Part shown: piece after piece, positions 8,464-17,800 of the stretch
Numbering within the stretch: position 1 is the stretch's first letter
Layout of the letters: every line of letters begins with the position of its first letter
Sequence record: SRR31156797_6410
DNA: 53,206 nt
Strand: one strand, 5' to 3'
The notes under the pieces: model-generated
What the model was told of the DNA's origin: nothing
The model's input: only the letters and a program-made list of their open reading frames with translations
Databases searched by the model: none
Position numbers and translations under genes: made by a program

Positions 8464-9408
8464 ATGTTGACAACAGATCGGTTCTTTCACGGCCACGACA
8501 AGCAGACCGCTTTTTTTGAAGGCTGGTACCATAAGCACCAAATCGGTGAAGAAGTCTATGCTTTTATTCCTGGTTTTTCGATTCAAAAAGACGGGACCAA
8601 AGAAGTGTTCATTCAAGTGATCAATCATGAGGGCGCGCATTACTTTTCCTTTCCGGAAACTGACTTTCAAGTGTCAGAAGAGGAGCGTAAAGTAACGATT
8701 GGTGACAATATCTTTAGTGAAGCAGGCATTCAAGTCTCTTTAAAAAATAACGATCTTCAAGTACAAGGAGCAGTAAAATACAACGACCACAAACCGATTC
8801 AGCGGACACGTTATGCGCCGAGTATCATGGGGCCTTTTTCGTATCTGTCATTTATGGAGTGCTACCACGGTGTCTTGAGCATGAGTCATACCTTAGAAGG
8901 TACGCTGTACTGGAACGAAGAACCAATCGATTTTACGAACGGGATCGGTTATTTGGAAAAAGATTGGGGAACCTCCTTTCCAGCAGCTTATATTTGGGTT
9001 CAGTGCAACAGCTTTGATGCGCCAGATGTTCGGTTCTTTTTCTCCGCAGCCGACATTCCCTTTGCGGGTTTTGCTTTTTTGGGAACGATTTGTGTTCTGC
9101 AAGTCGGCAGCCAAGAATATCGTTTTGCTACTTATCATGGCGCAAAGATTCATGATGTCAAACGCACGGAAGACCGTTTAGTGATCCATCTCAAACAAAA
9201 ACAGTGGCTGCTGACGATCGAAGTTTTGACGAAAGAAGGCCATTCGTTGTTAGCACCTTCTATTGGACAAATGAATCGGATCATTCGCGAAAGCGCCAGT
9301 ACGGAAATCACCTTAACCCTTTTAGAAAATGGGCAGGAGATCTTAAGGCAGACAGGGATGTCGGCTGGTTTTGAAGAAGTAGCGAATTTGCGAGGATTTC
9401 ACTATTAA
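8464..9408 (+). CDS. tocopherol cyclase family protein
   Basis: FFEGWY, IMGPFSYLSFMECYHGV, GYLEKDWGTSFP..YIWVQCN motifs; ATG 8464 follows SD ggaggg. Confidence 0.8.
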   Translation: MLTTDRFFHGHDKQTAFFEGWYHKHQIGEEVYAFIPGFSIQKDGTKEVFIQVINHEGAHYFSFPETDFQVSEEERKVTIGDNIFSEAGIQVSLKNNDLQVQGAVKYNDHKPIQRTRYAPSIMGPFSYLSFMECYHGVLSMSHTLEGTLYWNEEPIDFTNGIGYLEKDWGTSFPAAYIWVQCNSFDAPDVRFFFSAADIPFAGFAFLGTICVLQVGSQEYRFATYHGAKIHDVKRTEDRLVIHLKQKQWLLTIEVLTKEGHSLLAPSIGQMNRIIRESASTEITLTLLENGQEILRQTGMSAGFEEVANLRGFHY

Positions 9409-9486
9409 AAAATGCAGAAAAATTCGTTTCTTTTGATATACTAGTAGATAGTTACTGCGAAAATACGTATATTTGGAGGGAAATGG

Positions 9487-11466
9487 ATGGAAAAAATAAC
9501 GAATGAGACACTGTTTGAACTGAAAACGATTGCGCAACCTGCCGTGGGGCAAAATCAGGTTTTTTACTTGGAAACGGCAGTCAACCAAGAGACCAATACG
9601 TATGATTCAGCGATTTATAGTATTGACCCAAAGACCAACGAAAGGCGTGAGTGGGGCACCGAAGCGACGACCCACAACAGCCTAAAGGTCTCGCCAGATG
9701 AGCAATGGCTCAGTTTTGTGACGACCGATCCAAAGAAAGGTGAAAGTACGTTATGGACGATGTCGGTGTCCGGCGGCAAGCCCCAAGCACTTGTGACTGA
9801 AAAAGGTCTGGGCGACTATTTTTGGAAGCAAGACGCAACAGCTATCTATTACCAGCTGGCACAAGAGGAGACGGTTTCAGAGAATCAAGACGACAAAGAA
9901 AAGACGGACAAGCAAAAGGAATTTCCACAAGTAAAAGCTACTACGAAAGTCAATTATTTGGCGGATGGCGTCGGCTTTTTAAAAGAAAAAAAACATTCGA
10001 TCATCAAAAAAACGATCGCGACACAAGAAACGGAACTGATTTTTGAGCATAAGTATCCCTTTGTGTTCTCTGGCTTAGCGGATGATCAAGAGACTTTGTT
10101 TCTCACTTTTGACAAAGAGGAAGAAGACGAGTGGGACTATGGATCGAAGGTTTGTCTCCTAAATAGCCAGACGAAAAAGACAGAAAGTTTAGAAAACATT
10201 CTGCCAGAAGGAACGTATACTTTTGCTGCAGCGCGCAATGATCAGCTGCTATTATTAGGCAATGACCTCTCTTACGGATTTGTGACCTTGGATGATTTAT
10301 TTTTGATCGATTTAAAAACGAAAGCGGTCAAAAATCTTTCCCAAGATCTTGACATCGCTTTTGGCAATGCGATCATCAGTGATTTTCAACAAAAAAATCG
10401 CGGCGTAGCGATCACCTGGTTGACGGATGACACATTCCTTGTACCCGTAACGGAGCATGGCAAGCTACAATTGTACCGCGCCTCGATCCAAGGAGAATGG
10501 ACCAAACTGCTTGATGAAAAAATGGATATCCTTGATGCGGCGATCTATTCGGAAGCCAAACTTGCTGTTGCTTATGCGACGCCATCGATCCCTAGTCGCT
10601 TAGGCTTGATTGACTTAACAAGTGGCGAAGTAACTGATCTATATGATCCCAACCAAGCAATTATGTCACAGTTAGCGATCAGTAAACCCGAAGCGTTTTG
10701 GTACGAAGGAGCAGATGGTTGGCAAATTCAAGGCTGGTATTTGCCCCCGACCGAAACACAAGAAAGTCATCCAGCAATTTTGTACATCCATGGCGGTCCG
10801 CAAGTCTGCTACGGCGAAACATTTTTCCACGAGATGCAAGTCCATGCCGCTAACGGCTATGGGGTCATCTTGTTGAACCCTCGTGGCGGGCAAGGGTACG
10901 GTCAGGCGTTTGTCAAATCGATTTTAGGTGATTATGGCAATAAAGATTATCAAGACTTGCTGTTGGGGGTTGATGCCGTGGTGGCAAACCATCCAGAAAT
11001 CGATACGAACACGATCCATGTAGCTGGTGGCAGCTATGGTGGCTTTATGACCAACTGGATCGTTGGTCATACCGATCGTTTTTGTGCGGCAGTTACGCAA
11101 CGCTCGATCTCAAATTGGATCAGCTTTTATGGGACGAGCGACATTGGACCTGCCTTTGTCAAATTCCAATTGTTGCGGGAACTTGATGAGACCGAAGGAC
11201 TTTGGAAGATGTCGCCTTTGGCCTATGCCAGCCAAGTCAAGACACCTACGCTAGTACTCCATGGGGAAAATGATTTGCGATGTCCGCAAGAACAAGGACA
11301 GCAGTTTTACATGGCGTTGCAGCGTAAAGGCGTCGATACGAAGCTGATGCTGTTTCCTCAATCCTCTCATGGTTTATCACGCAATGGCTTGCCGAACTTG
11401 CGGATAGAACGCTTGCAAGCGATCAGTGAATGGCTTGCATCACATGAGAACAAATCAGTAAATTAA
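9487..11466 (+). CDS. S9 family (acylaminoacyl/dipeptidyl) peptidase
   Basis: Propeller N-terminus; IHGGP, GGSYGG nucleophile, HGENDLRC, H in SSHGLSR. Confidence 0.92.
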   Translation: MEKITNETLFELKTIAQPAVGQNQVFYLETAVNQETNTYDSAIYSIDPKTNERREWGTEATTHNSLKVSPDEQWLSFVTTDPKKGESTLWTMSVSGGKPQALVTEKGLGDYFWKQDATAIYYQLAQEETVSENQDDKEKTDKQKEFPQVKATTKVNYLADGVGFLKEKKHSIIKKTIATQETELIFEHKYPFVFSGLADDQETLFLTFDKEEEDEWDYGSKVCLLNSQTKKTESLENILPEGTYTFAAARNDQLLLLGNDLSYGFVTLDDLFLIDLKTKAVKNLSQDLDIAFGNAIISDFQQKNRGVAITWLTDDTFLVPVTEHGKLQLYRASIQGEWTKLLDEKMDILDAAIYSEAKLAVAYATPSIPSRLGLIDLTSGEVTDLYDPNQAIMSQLAISKPEAFWYEGADGWQIQGWYLPPTETQESHPAILYIHGGPQVCYGETFFHEMQVHAANGYGVILLNPRGGQGYGQAFVKSILGDYGNKDYQDLLLGVDAVVANHPEIDTNTIHVAGGSYGGFMTNWIVGHTDRFCAAVTQRSISNWISFYGTSDIGPAFVKFQLLRELDETEGLWKMSPLAYASQVKTPTLVLHGENDLRCPQEQGQQFYMALQRKGVDTKLMLFPQSSHGLSRNGLPNLRIERLQAISEWLASHENKSVN

Positions 11467-11473
11467 CCGAAAG

Positions 11474-11553
11474 AAATCACCTGATAAAGGATCACGACGT
11501 GGGCTGCTTGAAAAGCCCGACCAGTGATTCCTTAAAGATCAGGTGGTTTTTTT
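11474..11553 (+). terminator. long interrupted hairpin terminator
   Basis: gaaatcacctgat...atcaggtggtttt outer stem, gggct/agccc inner stem, T-run. Confidence 0.65.
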
Positions 11554-11671
11554 GCGCGATCAAAAGCTACAGGTTCCTGTTACCTTGCCGCCAATGACAG
11601 CAACGATTGAAAACAAATTCATATGACGTTTTCTTCACGTGTTAAATAACAAAAAGAAGAAATAGTTTTGC

Positions 11672-11723
11672 TTGCTTCCTATGTTTGAGTGTGATATGAT
11701 ACAAAACGTAATCGTTACACTTT
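11672..11723 (+). promoter_or_regulatory. sigma-A promoter with overlapping Zur box
   Basis: TTGCTT-17-TATGAT (extended TG) then aaaacGTAATcgTTACacttt, resembling Firmicute Zur consensus AAATCGTAATNATTACGATTT. Confidence 0.8.
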
Positions 11724-11764
11724 AACCTTTTTTGGTGTGACGCAAGAGAAAGGAGCTGGTTATT

Positions 11765-11917
11765 ATGAGAAACAATATTATTTTGGCATGTGTGGAGACA
11801 GGGGAAAGACTTTATTTGACTAATAAGAACCAGCGCAATACGCCGGAACGTTTAGAATTAAAAAAATATTCACCAAAGTTGCGGCGCAGAGCGATTTTTC
11901 GTGAAATCAAGAAATAG
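11765..11917 (+). CDS. rpmG: 50S ribosomal protein L33, zinc-free (C-) paralogue
   Basis: Manual translation [50 protein letters not shown]; one Cys; SD aggag; missing from ORF track. Confidence 0.95.
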   Translation: MRNNIILACVETGERLYLTNKNQRNTPERLELKKYSPKLRRRAIFREIKK

Positions 11918-11933
11918 GAAGGACAATAACTGA

Positions 11934-12203
11934 ATGGCAAAAAAATCAAAAATGGCAAAATACAACAAGCAAGTACAACTGATCGAACAATACCGAGCAG
12001 TGCGTCAAGAATTAAAAGCGCAAGGAGATACCCAAGCATTGGCCAAACTACCGAAGGATTCGAATCCGACTCGTTTGAAGAAACGGGATATGATCGATGG
12101 TCGTCCTCGGGGCTACATGAATAAATTCGGCATGTCACGGATCAATTTCCGTAAGCATGCACACCTCGGAGAAATTCCCGGCGTTACAAAAGCAAGCTGG
12201 TAA
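11934..12203 (+). CDS. rpsN: 30S ribosomal protein S14, 89-aa zinc-free paralogue
   Basis: MAKKSK...[20 protein letters not shown]...[11 protein letters not shown]; no Cys. Confidence 0.96.
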   Translation: MAKKSKMAKYNKQVQLIEQYRAVRQELKAQGDTQALAKLPKDSNPTRLKKRDMIDGRPRGYMNKFGMSRINFRKHAHLGEIPGVTKASW

Positions 12204-12218
12204 CAGAAAGGAGTCAAC

Positions 12219-12353
12219 ATGGAAAAAACGGACTTGTCTAGTGCGTATCGACGTTTAAAGAGCCCGAACATCAAAACAAGGAAACGCGCATTAAAAATCA
12301 TTCATGAATTTAAACGAAACAAACGAAAAAATGCATTGCAGCTGCGTGCATAA
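12219..12353 (+). CDS. 44-aa basic protein (putative metal homeostasis protein family)
   Basis: MEKTDLSSAYRRLKSPNIKTRKRALKIIHEFKRNKRKNALQLRA; SD aaggag; missing from ORF track. Confidence 0.8.
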   Translation: MEKTDLSSAYRRLKSPNIKTRKRALKIIHEFKRNKRKNALQLRA

Positions 12354-12382
12354 TGAAAAAGTGACAGAAAGTTGGAAATGAC

Positions 12383-12553
12383 ATGGCAGTACCTGCAAGA
12401 AAAACATCAAAAGCAAAAAAGAATAAGCGTCGGACCCACCATGGCGTCAAATCCCCAGCGATTTCGTTTGATGGGACAACAGGAACCTTCAAGCGCAGCC
12501 ACCATGTATCTTTAGCAGAATACAAAGCACAGCACCCAATCGAAAAGAATTAA
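12383..12553 (+). CDS. rpmF: 50S ribosomal protein L32, zinc-free paralogue
   Basis: [20 protein letters not shown]...RSHHVSL; no Cys; missing from ORF track. Confidence 0.93.
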   Translation: MAVPARKTSKAKKNKRRTHHGVKSPAISFDGTTGTFKRSHHVSLAEYKAQHPIEKN

Positions 12554-12590
12554 CGCCGTCTTATGACGCCGTCCAGAAAGCAGGGGGAAA

Positions 12591-12986
12591 ATGGAGATCA
12601 TCTATCCATCATTGATTGAAGAAGCCTATCGTCACAGTAAAAAATTTCATCCAGAGATCACCAAAGAGGCCATCTATCGCCATTTTTACGAAGCTGGTTT
12701 AATCAAAGAAAATGGCGATCCAACGGAAAAAGCCTTGTCAGAAGGGGTCGTTAAAGATTATACTGAGGACTGGGATCTTACCTTTGAAGAATTTTTGATG
12801 ATCTACCCCGTGTTTCGTTCCTTTGACCCAAAGCATTTCAAGAAGATCGATCATTTTTGGGAAATGGATTTGGCTTTGCAAGAACAAATTCTTGACCAAT
12901 GGGAGCAAGAAACCTTCACAGAGGAAGAGATCATTGATCTAACTGCTTTTTTCGAAGAGCGATTACCTTCTAAAAAGGAACAGTGA
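12591..12986 (+). CDS. hypothetical acidic protein
   Basis: 131-aa ORF with SD agggggg-like motif; no recognised domain. Confidence 0.75.
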   Translation: MEIIYPSLIEEAYRHSKKFHPEITKEAIYRHFYEAGLIKENGDPTEKALSEGVVKDYTEDWDLTFEEFLMIYPVFRSFDPKHFKKIDHFWEMDLALQEQILDQWEQETFTEEEIIDLTAFFEERLPSKKEQ

Positions 12987-13011
12987 ATGAACAGTGAAAG
13001 GCGTACATGTG

Positions 13012-13419
13012 ATGAAAAAGACGATCCAGCCATTTTTAAAACTATTAAAGCCCTATGATTATCTATTGTTTGTTCTATTAGTTGTTGGCTCTTTTTTACC
13101 GCTTTTTCTATTTGAAGCGCAAGCCCAAAGTGATACTGGGGATCGTTATGCGATCGTGCGAATCAATGGGGAAGAAGTTGACCGTTTCAACTTGGAAGAA
13201 ATCGATGCGATGGAAAAAACGTATTATCCAGCAGAAGGTCAGTACAATATCGTCGAGATCAAAGATGGTGCGATCCGAGTGCGTGAAGACAATAGCCCGG
13301 ACCAAATTGCTGTCAAAACCAGCTGGATCTATCGCAATGGACAGACGAGCATTTGCCTGCCTCATAAGCTAGTGATCGAGATCAAGCAAGCTGGTGCTTC
13401 TGACTATTTAATTTATTAA
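13012..13419 (+). CDS. NusG domain II-containing (Lin0431-like) membrane-anchored protein
   Basis: N-terminal TM; YNIVEIKDGAIRVREDNSPDQIAV..WI...GQTSICLPHKLVIEI. Confidence 0.85.
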   Translation: MKKTIQPFLKLLKPYDYLLFVLLVVGSFLPLFLFEAQAQSDTGDRYAIVRINGEEVDRFNLEEIDAMEKTYYPAEGQYNIVEIKDGAIRVREDNSPDQIAVKTSWIYRNGQTSICLPHKLVIEIKQAGASDYLIY

Positions 13420-13454
13420 TCGAACTTCGTGGTAGTTGGAAACTACACTATTTT

Positions 13455-13497
13455 GTGTTGGTGGGAAATCGTTGGATTTTCTACTGACACTTTTTTA
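13455..13497 (+). terminator. intrinsic terminator
   Basis: gtgttggtgggaaatc-gttg-gattttctactgacac plus T-run. Confidence 0.7.
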
Positions 13498-13579
13498 TTG
13501 AAAATAGAAAATAAGTGCGTCTAACTGGAGACAATCTGTCGATCAAACTCAGTCTCATTTGATAAGAAACGAGGAGCAT

Positions 13580-13771
13580 ATGAAAAAGATAAGTTTCTGC
13601 AAACATCCTTCAAACCAAAGCTATGTCAATAATGCTGAATTGCCAGAAATGGGGAACGGTGAAGGGGAGAAGAAAGGATCGTTCCGTTTGTTCAACAAAT
13701 TTTCTACTAAACCTAGAAAAACAGTTCAGCATTACGAAGCATTGGTTGCGTCTAAATCGCTTGTCCAATAA
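13580..13771 (+). CDS. small hypothetical protein (63 aa)
   Basis: SD gaggag close before ATG 13580; terminator-like hairpin follows. Confidence 0.45.
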   Translation: MKKISFCKHPSNQSYVNNAELPEMGNGEGEKKGSFRLFNKFSTKPRKTVQHYEALVASKSLVQ

Positions 13772-13876
13772 AGAGGAACGAAAACCCTAAAAATCCTTTT
13801 TTATGAAGGGCTATAAGTTGAAGATTTTTTTTATTTGCGATAGGCTATTAGTAAAGCATTCGGGAGATGAAAACAC

Positions 13877-14044
13877 ATGAAATTTAAATTGAATCTAAAA
13901 GAAAAAGTAACGGAAGTTGCAGAGCATGTCTATGATGTGGTGAAAAAGGAAGATTATGCGATTCGTGTGGCTCCAAAAGGAATCAAAGTAACGAAACAGC
14001 GCAAGACGAAAGACACGATCAAATGGCGTTCAAAGAATCACTAA
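13877..14044 (+). CDS. small basic hypothetical protein (55 aa)
   Basis: MKFKLNLKEKVTEVAEHVYDVVKKEDYAIRVAPKGIKVTKQRKTKDTIKWRSKNH; SD gggag; ends at bidirectional terminator; missing from ORF track. Confidence 0.6.
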   Translation: MKFKLNLKEKVTEVAEHVYDVVKKEDYAIRVAPKGIKVTKQRKTKDTIKWRSKNH

Positions 14045-14054
14045 TTGAGGAATA

Positions 14055-14088
14055 AAAAAGAAACTGCACATTCGCAGCTTCTTTTTTT
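14055..14088. terminator. bidirectional terminator
   Basis: aaaaaagaaactgc-acattc-gcagcttcttttttt between convergent genes. Confidence 0.65.
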
Positions 14089-14693
14089 TATTCCTCAATC
14101 TCAATCCCCAAGACAGTCAGGTGGCCGTTTGCCACCAGTTTGATGACAAGTTTTGCTAGATGGTCGGGTGTCATCGTTGTTTCTGCCGTTAGCCACCAAT
14201 GCAAGGTACCAACAAATATCGAGGTCATATAGTCAATGATGAAGTCTAAGGGCACTTCAATGTCTCCTTCGGTGATTCTTAACGTTGAAAAGATCTCTTG
14301 GTAACGTTCAGTCAAAATCAGGCCCAACTTTTTACGGATGATCTCAATGGCAGAGGCATCCATGATCGTCAAATAAAAGGAACGATTGTTTTGAATGTGT
14401 AAAAAAAGTTCGGTCATGGCCGCTTCGATTTTGCGGATTTTGATGCGATTTCCTTGAACAAAATCTTCAAAATCAAGAATCGCGGTAAATGATTCGACAG
14501 CCAAGTCAAATATCTTTTCATACAAGTCTTGTTTGTCTTTGTAATGGGCATAAAAGGTTGCACGGTTGATCATGGCTTCATCGGCGATATTTTGGACAGT
14601 CACTTGCTCGAAGCCTTTTTCTTCCACTAAGCGGATAAAAGCTTCAATAATGTACTTATTGGTTCGTTTGACACGTAAATCCAATTTTTTCAT
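14088..14693 (-). CDS. TetR/AcrR family regulator
   Basis: DLRVKRT...KGFEQVTVQNIADEAMINRATFYAHYKDK HTH. Confidence 0.93.
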   Translation of the reverse strand: MKKLDLRVKRTNKYIIEAFIRLVEEKGFEQVTVQNIADEAMINRATFYAHYKDKQDLYEKIFDLAVESFTAILDFEDFVQGNRIKIRKIEAAMTELFLHIQNNRSFYLTIMDASAIEIIRKKLGLILTERYQEIFSTLRITEGDIEVPLDFIIDYMTSIFVGTLHWWLTAETTMTPDHLAKLVIKLVANGHLTVLGIEIEE

Positions 14694-14713
14694 ATTGTGA
14701 ATTTCCTTTCAAA

Positions 14714-14849
14714 ATAAACAACAAAAAACGGGTAATTGTTGTTTATCCCACACCTTCCTTAGAATTGTTTGTTGAATTATCAATCAAAAGAATTACAATG
14801 AACATAAGTATTATAACAAACGGCTTGTTAGATAATCAACAAAGTGTTG
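14714..14849. promoter_or_regulatory. divergent promoter region with multiple AACA/TGTT inverted repeats (putative TetR operators)
   Basis: ataaacaaca-N13-tgttgtttat, taacaa-N5-ttgtta, caaca-N3-tgttg; TTGAAT-16-TACAAT promoter. Confidence 0.55.
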
Positions 14850-14867
14850 TTTAGATGGAGGCAACAA

Positions 14868-17800
14868 ATGAAAAAATATAAAGCGGGCATCGATGTCGGG
14901 TCGACAACAGTCAAGATGGTTCTGTTAGATGAAGGCAATCAAACGTGTTTTTCAAGATATGAACGACACTATGCAGACATCCAGAAGGCAGCGGAAAAAA
15001 TCATTAGAGAAGCGCAAGAAGTGATCGAAGATCAGCCGCTGGCGCTGGCGATTACCGGATCGGGTGGGATGGGTCTGGCGGAAGTTTTGCGGATCCCATT
15101 TGTCCAAGAGGTCATCGCTTGTACCAAAACAGTTGAGACAATGATTCCCGAAACCGATGTGGCTATCGAGTTAGGCGGCGAAGATGCGAAGATCACCTTT
15201 TTTGAAGGGGCATTGGAGCAGCGAATGAACGGCAGTTGTGCCGGTGGAACGGGTGCGTTTATTGATCAGATGGCGGTTTTATTGAAAACGGATGCCAATG
15301 GGGTCAATGAACTAGCCAAAGATTATCAAACCCTTTATCCGATTGCCTCACGCTGTGGGGTCTTTGCCAAAACCGATGTGCAGCCGCTGATCAATGAAGG
15401 AGCAGCAAAAGCAGACATTGCGTCGAGTATCTTTCAAGCGGTGGTCAATCAAACGATTGCTGGCTTGGCTGCTGGTCGTAAAATCAAAGGCAAGGTAGCC
15501 TTCTTAGGCGGTCCACTGACGTTTATGTCGGAACTGCGTCAACGATTTATCGATACGTTGAACCTGCAAGAAGCAGATATCATTTTTCCCGAGAACCCAG
15601 AACTGTTTGTAGCGATGGGGGCCGCACTGTATGCAGAAGAAGAGCAACAGCTTTCCGTGCTATTGGCCCGCTTAGCCAACGGAGAAGATGGCAAACTCGC
15701 GCCAACTGATACATTAGCCCCATTGTTTAAAGACGAGGAGGAATTGACTGCTTTTCGTGCTCGCCATGCTCAAGCGGTGGCCACAGAAAAAGCGTTGTCT
15801 GAGCATACAGGCGCTGCTTATCTAGGCATCGATGCAGGATCAACCACAACGAAAGTGGTTTTGATCAATGATGCAGGGGAATTATTGTTTTCTTTCTATG
15901 GCAATAATGAAGGTGAACCGTTAGCGACAACGATGGCGGTTTTACAAGAGCTTTATCGTCAGATGCCTTCTGACGTTTACATCGCAAAGTCAACGATCAC
16001 AGGTTACGGCGAGCATTTGATCAAACATGCACTGAAAGTCGATATCGGTGAAGTGGAAACGATAGCCCATTACAAAGCTGCCGAACATTTCCAGCCGGGG
16101 GTTGATTTTATCCTAGATATTGGTGGGCAAGACATGAAGGCGATGACGGTCAAAGATGGCGCGTTATCTTCGATTCAATTGAATGAAGCCTGTTCCTCAG
16201 GATGCGGCTCCTTCATTGAGACTTTTGCCAAATCTATGAATCAGGATGTCAAAGAATTTGCGTTGGCAGCGACAAAAGCCCAAGCACCGGTTGACCTTGG
16301 TTCGCGTTGTACCGTCTTTATGAACTCAAAAGTGAAACAGGTCCAAAAAGAAGGGGCTTCTGTTGGCGACATTTCAGCCGGCTTGTCTTACTCGGTCATA
16401 AAAAATGCCATCTATAAAGTGATCAAGGTTCGGCGACCTGAAGACCTCGGCGAGAAAATCGTCTGCCAAGGAGGGACTTTCTATAACGAAGCGGTTCTGC
16501 GCGCTTTTGAATTGATCAGCGGCCGTGAAGTCGTTCGACCATCGATCGCCGGTTTGATGGGGGCATATGGTGCCGCTTTGATCGCTTTAGAAGAAGCAGC
16601 CCTTGACGATGTTAGTACATTGTTGTCTCCTGCAGAAATGGCCGATTTCCAAGCAGAAAAAGAATTTACGAATTGCGGTCTATGCGAAAACAATTGCTTG
16701 TTGACGGTGACCCTCTTTTCTGACGGTCGAAAATTTATTACCGGAAATCGCTGCGAACGTGGTGCGCGAATCAAAATCAAGAAAGAAGACCGCAAAGTCA
16801 ATCTTGTGGATGAAAAATATCGCCGCTTGTTTAAGTACCGTTCCTTGCGTAAAAAAGAGGCCGTCCATGGTGAAATCGGCCTACCAAGAGTATTGAATCT
16901 TTATGAAAATTATCCGCTTTGGCATACCTTTTTCACCAAGTTAGGGTTTCGAGTAACCTTGTCGCCACGTTCCAACAAAGAACTATATGAGCAAGGGATC
17001 GAAACGATTCCTAGTGATACGGTTTGTTACCCAGCCAAACTAGCCCATGGACACATCCAAGCACTGATTGATCAAAACGTACCGTTGATATTTTATCCAG
17101 GGGTCATTTTTGAGCGATTAGAGAACACTGCCGCTGAGAATCATTTTAACTGTCCAATTGTGCAAAGCTATCCAGAAGTGATTCGTAATAACGTCGATGC
17201 GATTCGTGAAGGGGCGGTTGACTACCGCTGTCCGTTTTTGAATTTGGCGGATGAAGCCTCAATGGTCAAAACTTTAACGAGTACTTTTCAAGATTTTGGT
17301 TTTGTAGAAGAAGAAATTGCCCAAGCCCTACGCAGCGGTTTCGAGGAGCTGGATCAGTTCAAGACAGATATTGCGCAACGGGGAGAAGAAACGCTACGTA
17401 TGCTGATGACGACCAATCAAAAAGGGATCGTTTTATCTGGAAGACCATATCATTTGGATCCTGAAATCAACCATGGGATTGCAGAAGTCATTACCCAAGA
17501 AGGCTTCCATGTATTGACTGAGGACAGTATTGCTCATTTAGCAAATGTCGGCGATCTGAGGGTTGTGGATCAATGGGTCTATCATTCGCGATTGTATGCG
17601 GCAGCTCGAGTGGTCGCGAAAAACAAACAATTACAACTGGTTCAATTAAACTCATTCGGTTGCGGGATCGACGCAGTCACTACTGATCAAGTCGAAGAGA
17701 TTATGGCGCAGTATGGGAAGTTATATACGGTGTTGAAAATCGATGAGGGAGCGAACCTTGGGGCAATTCGGATTCGGTTGCGTTCCTTGAAAGCAGCAGT

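Noticed and set aside
11812..12525. Minus-strand ORFs over the ribosomal paralogue operon
   Set aside because: Antisense shadows of rpmG, rpsN, the small protein and rpmF.
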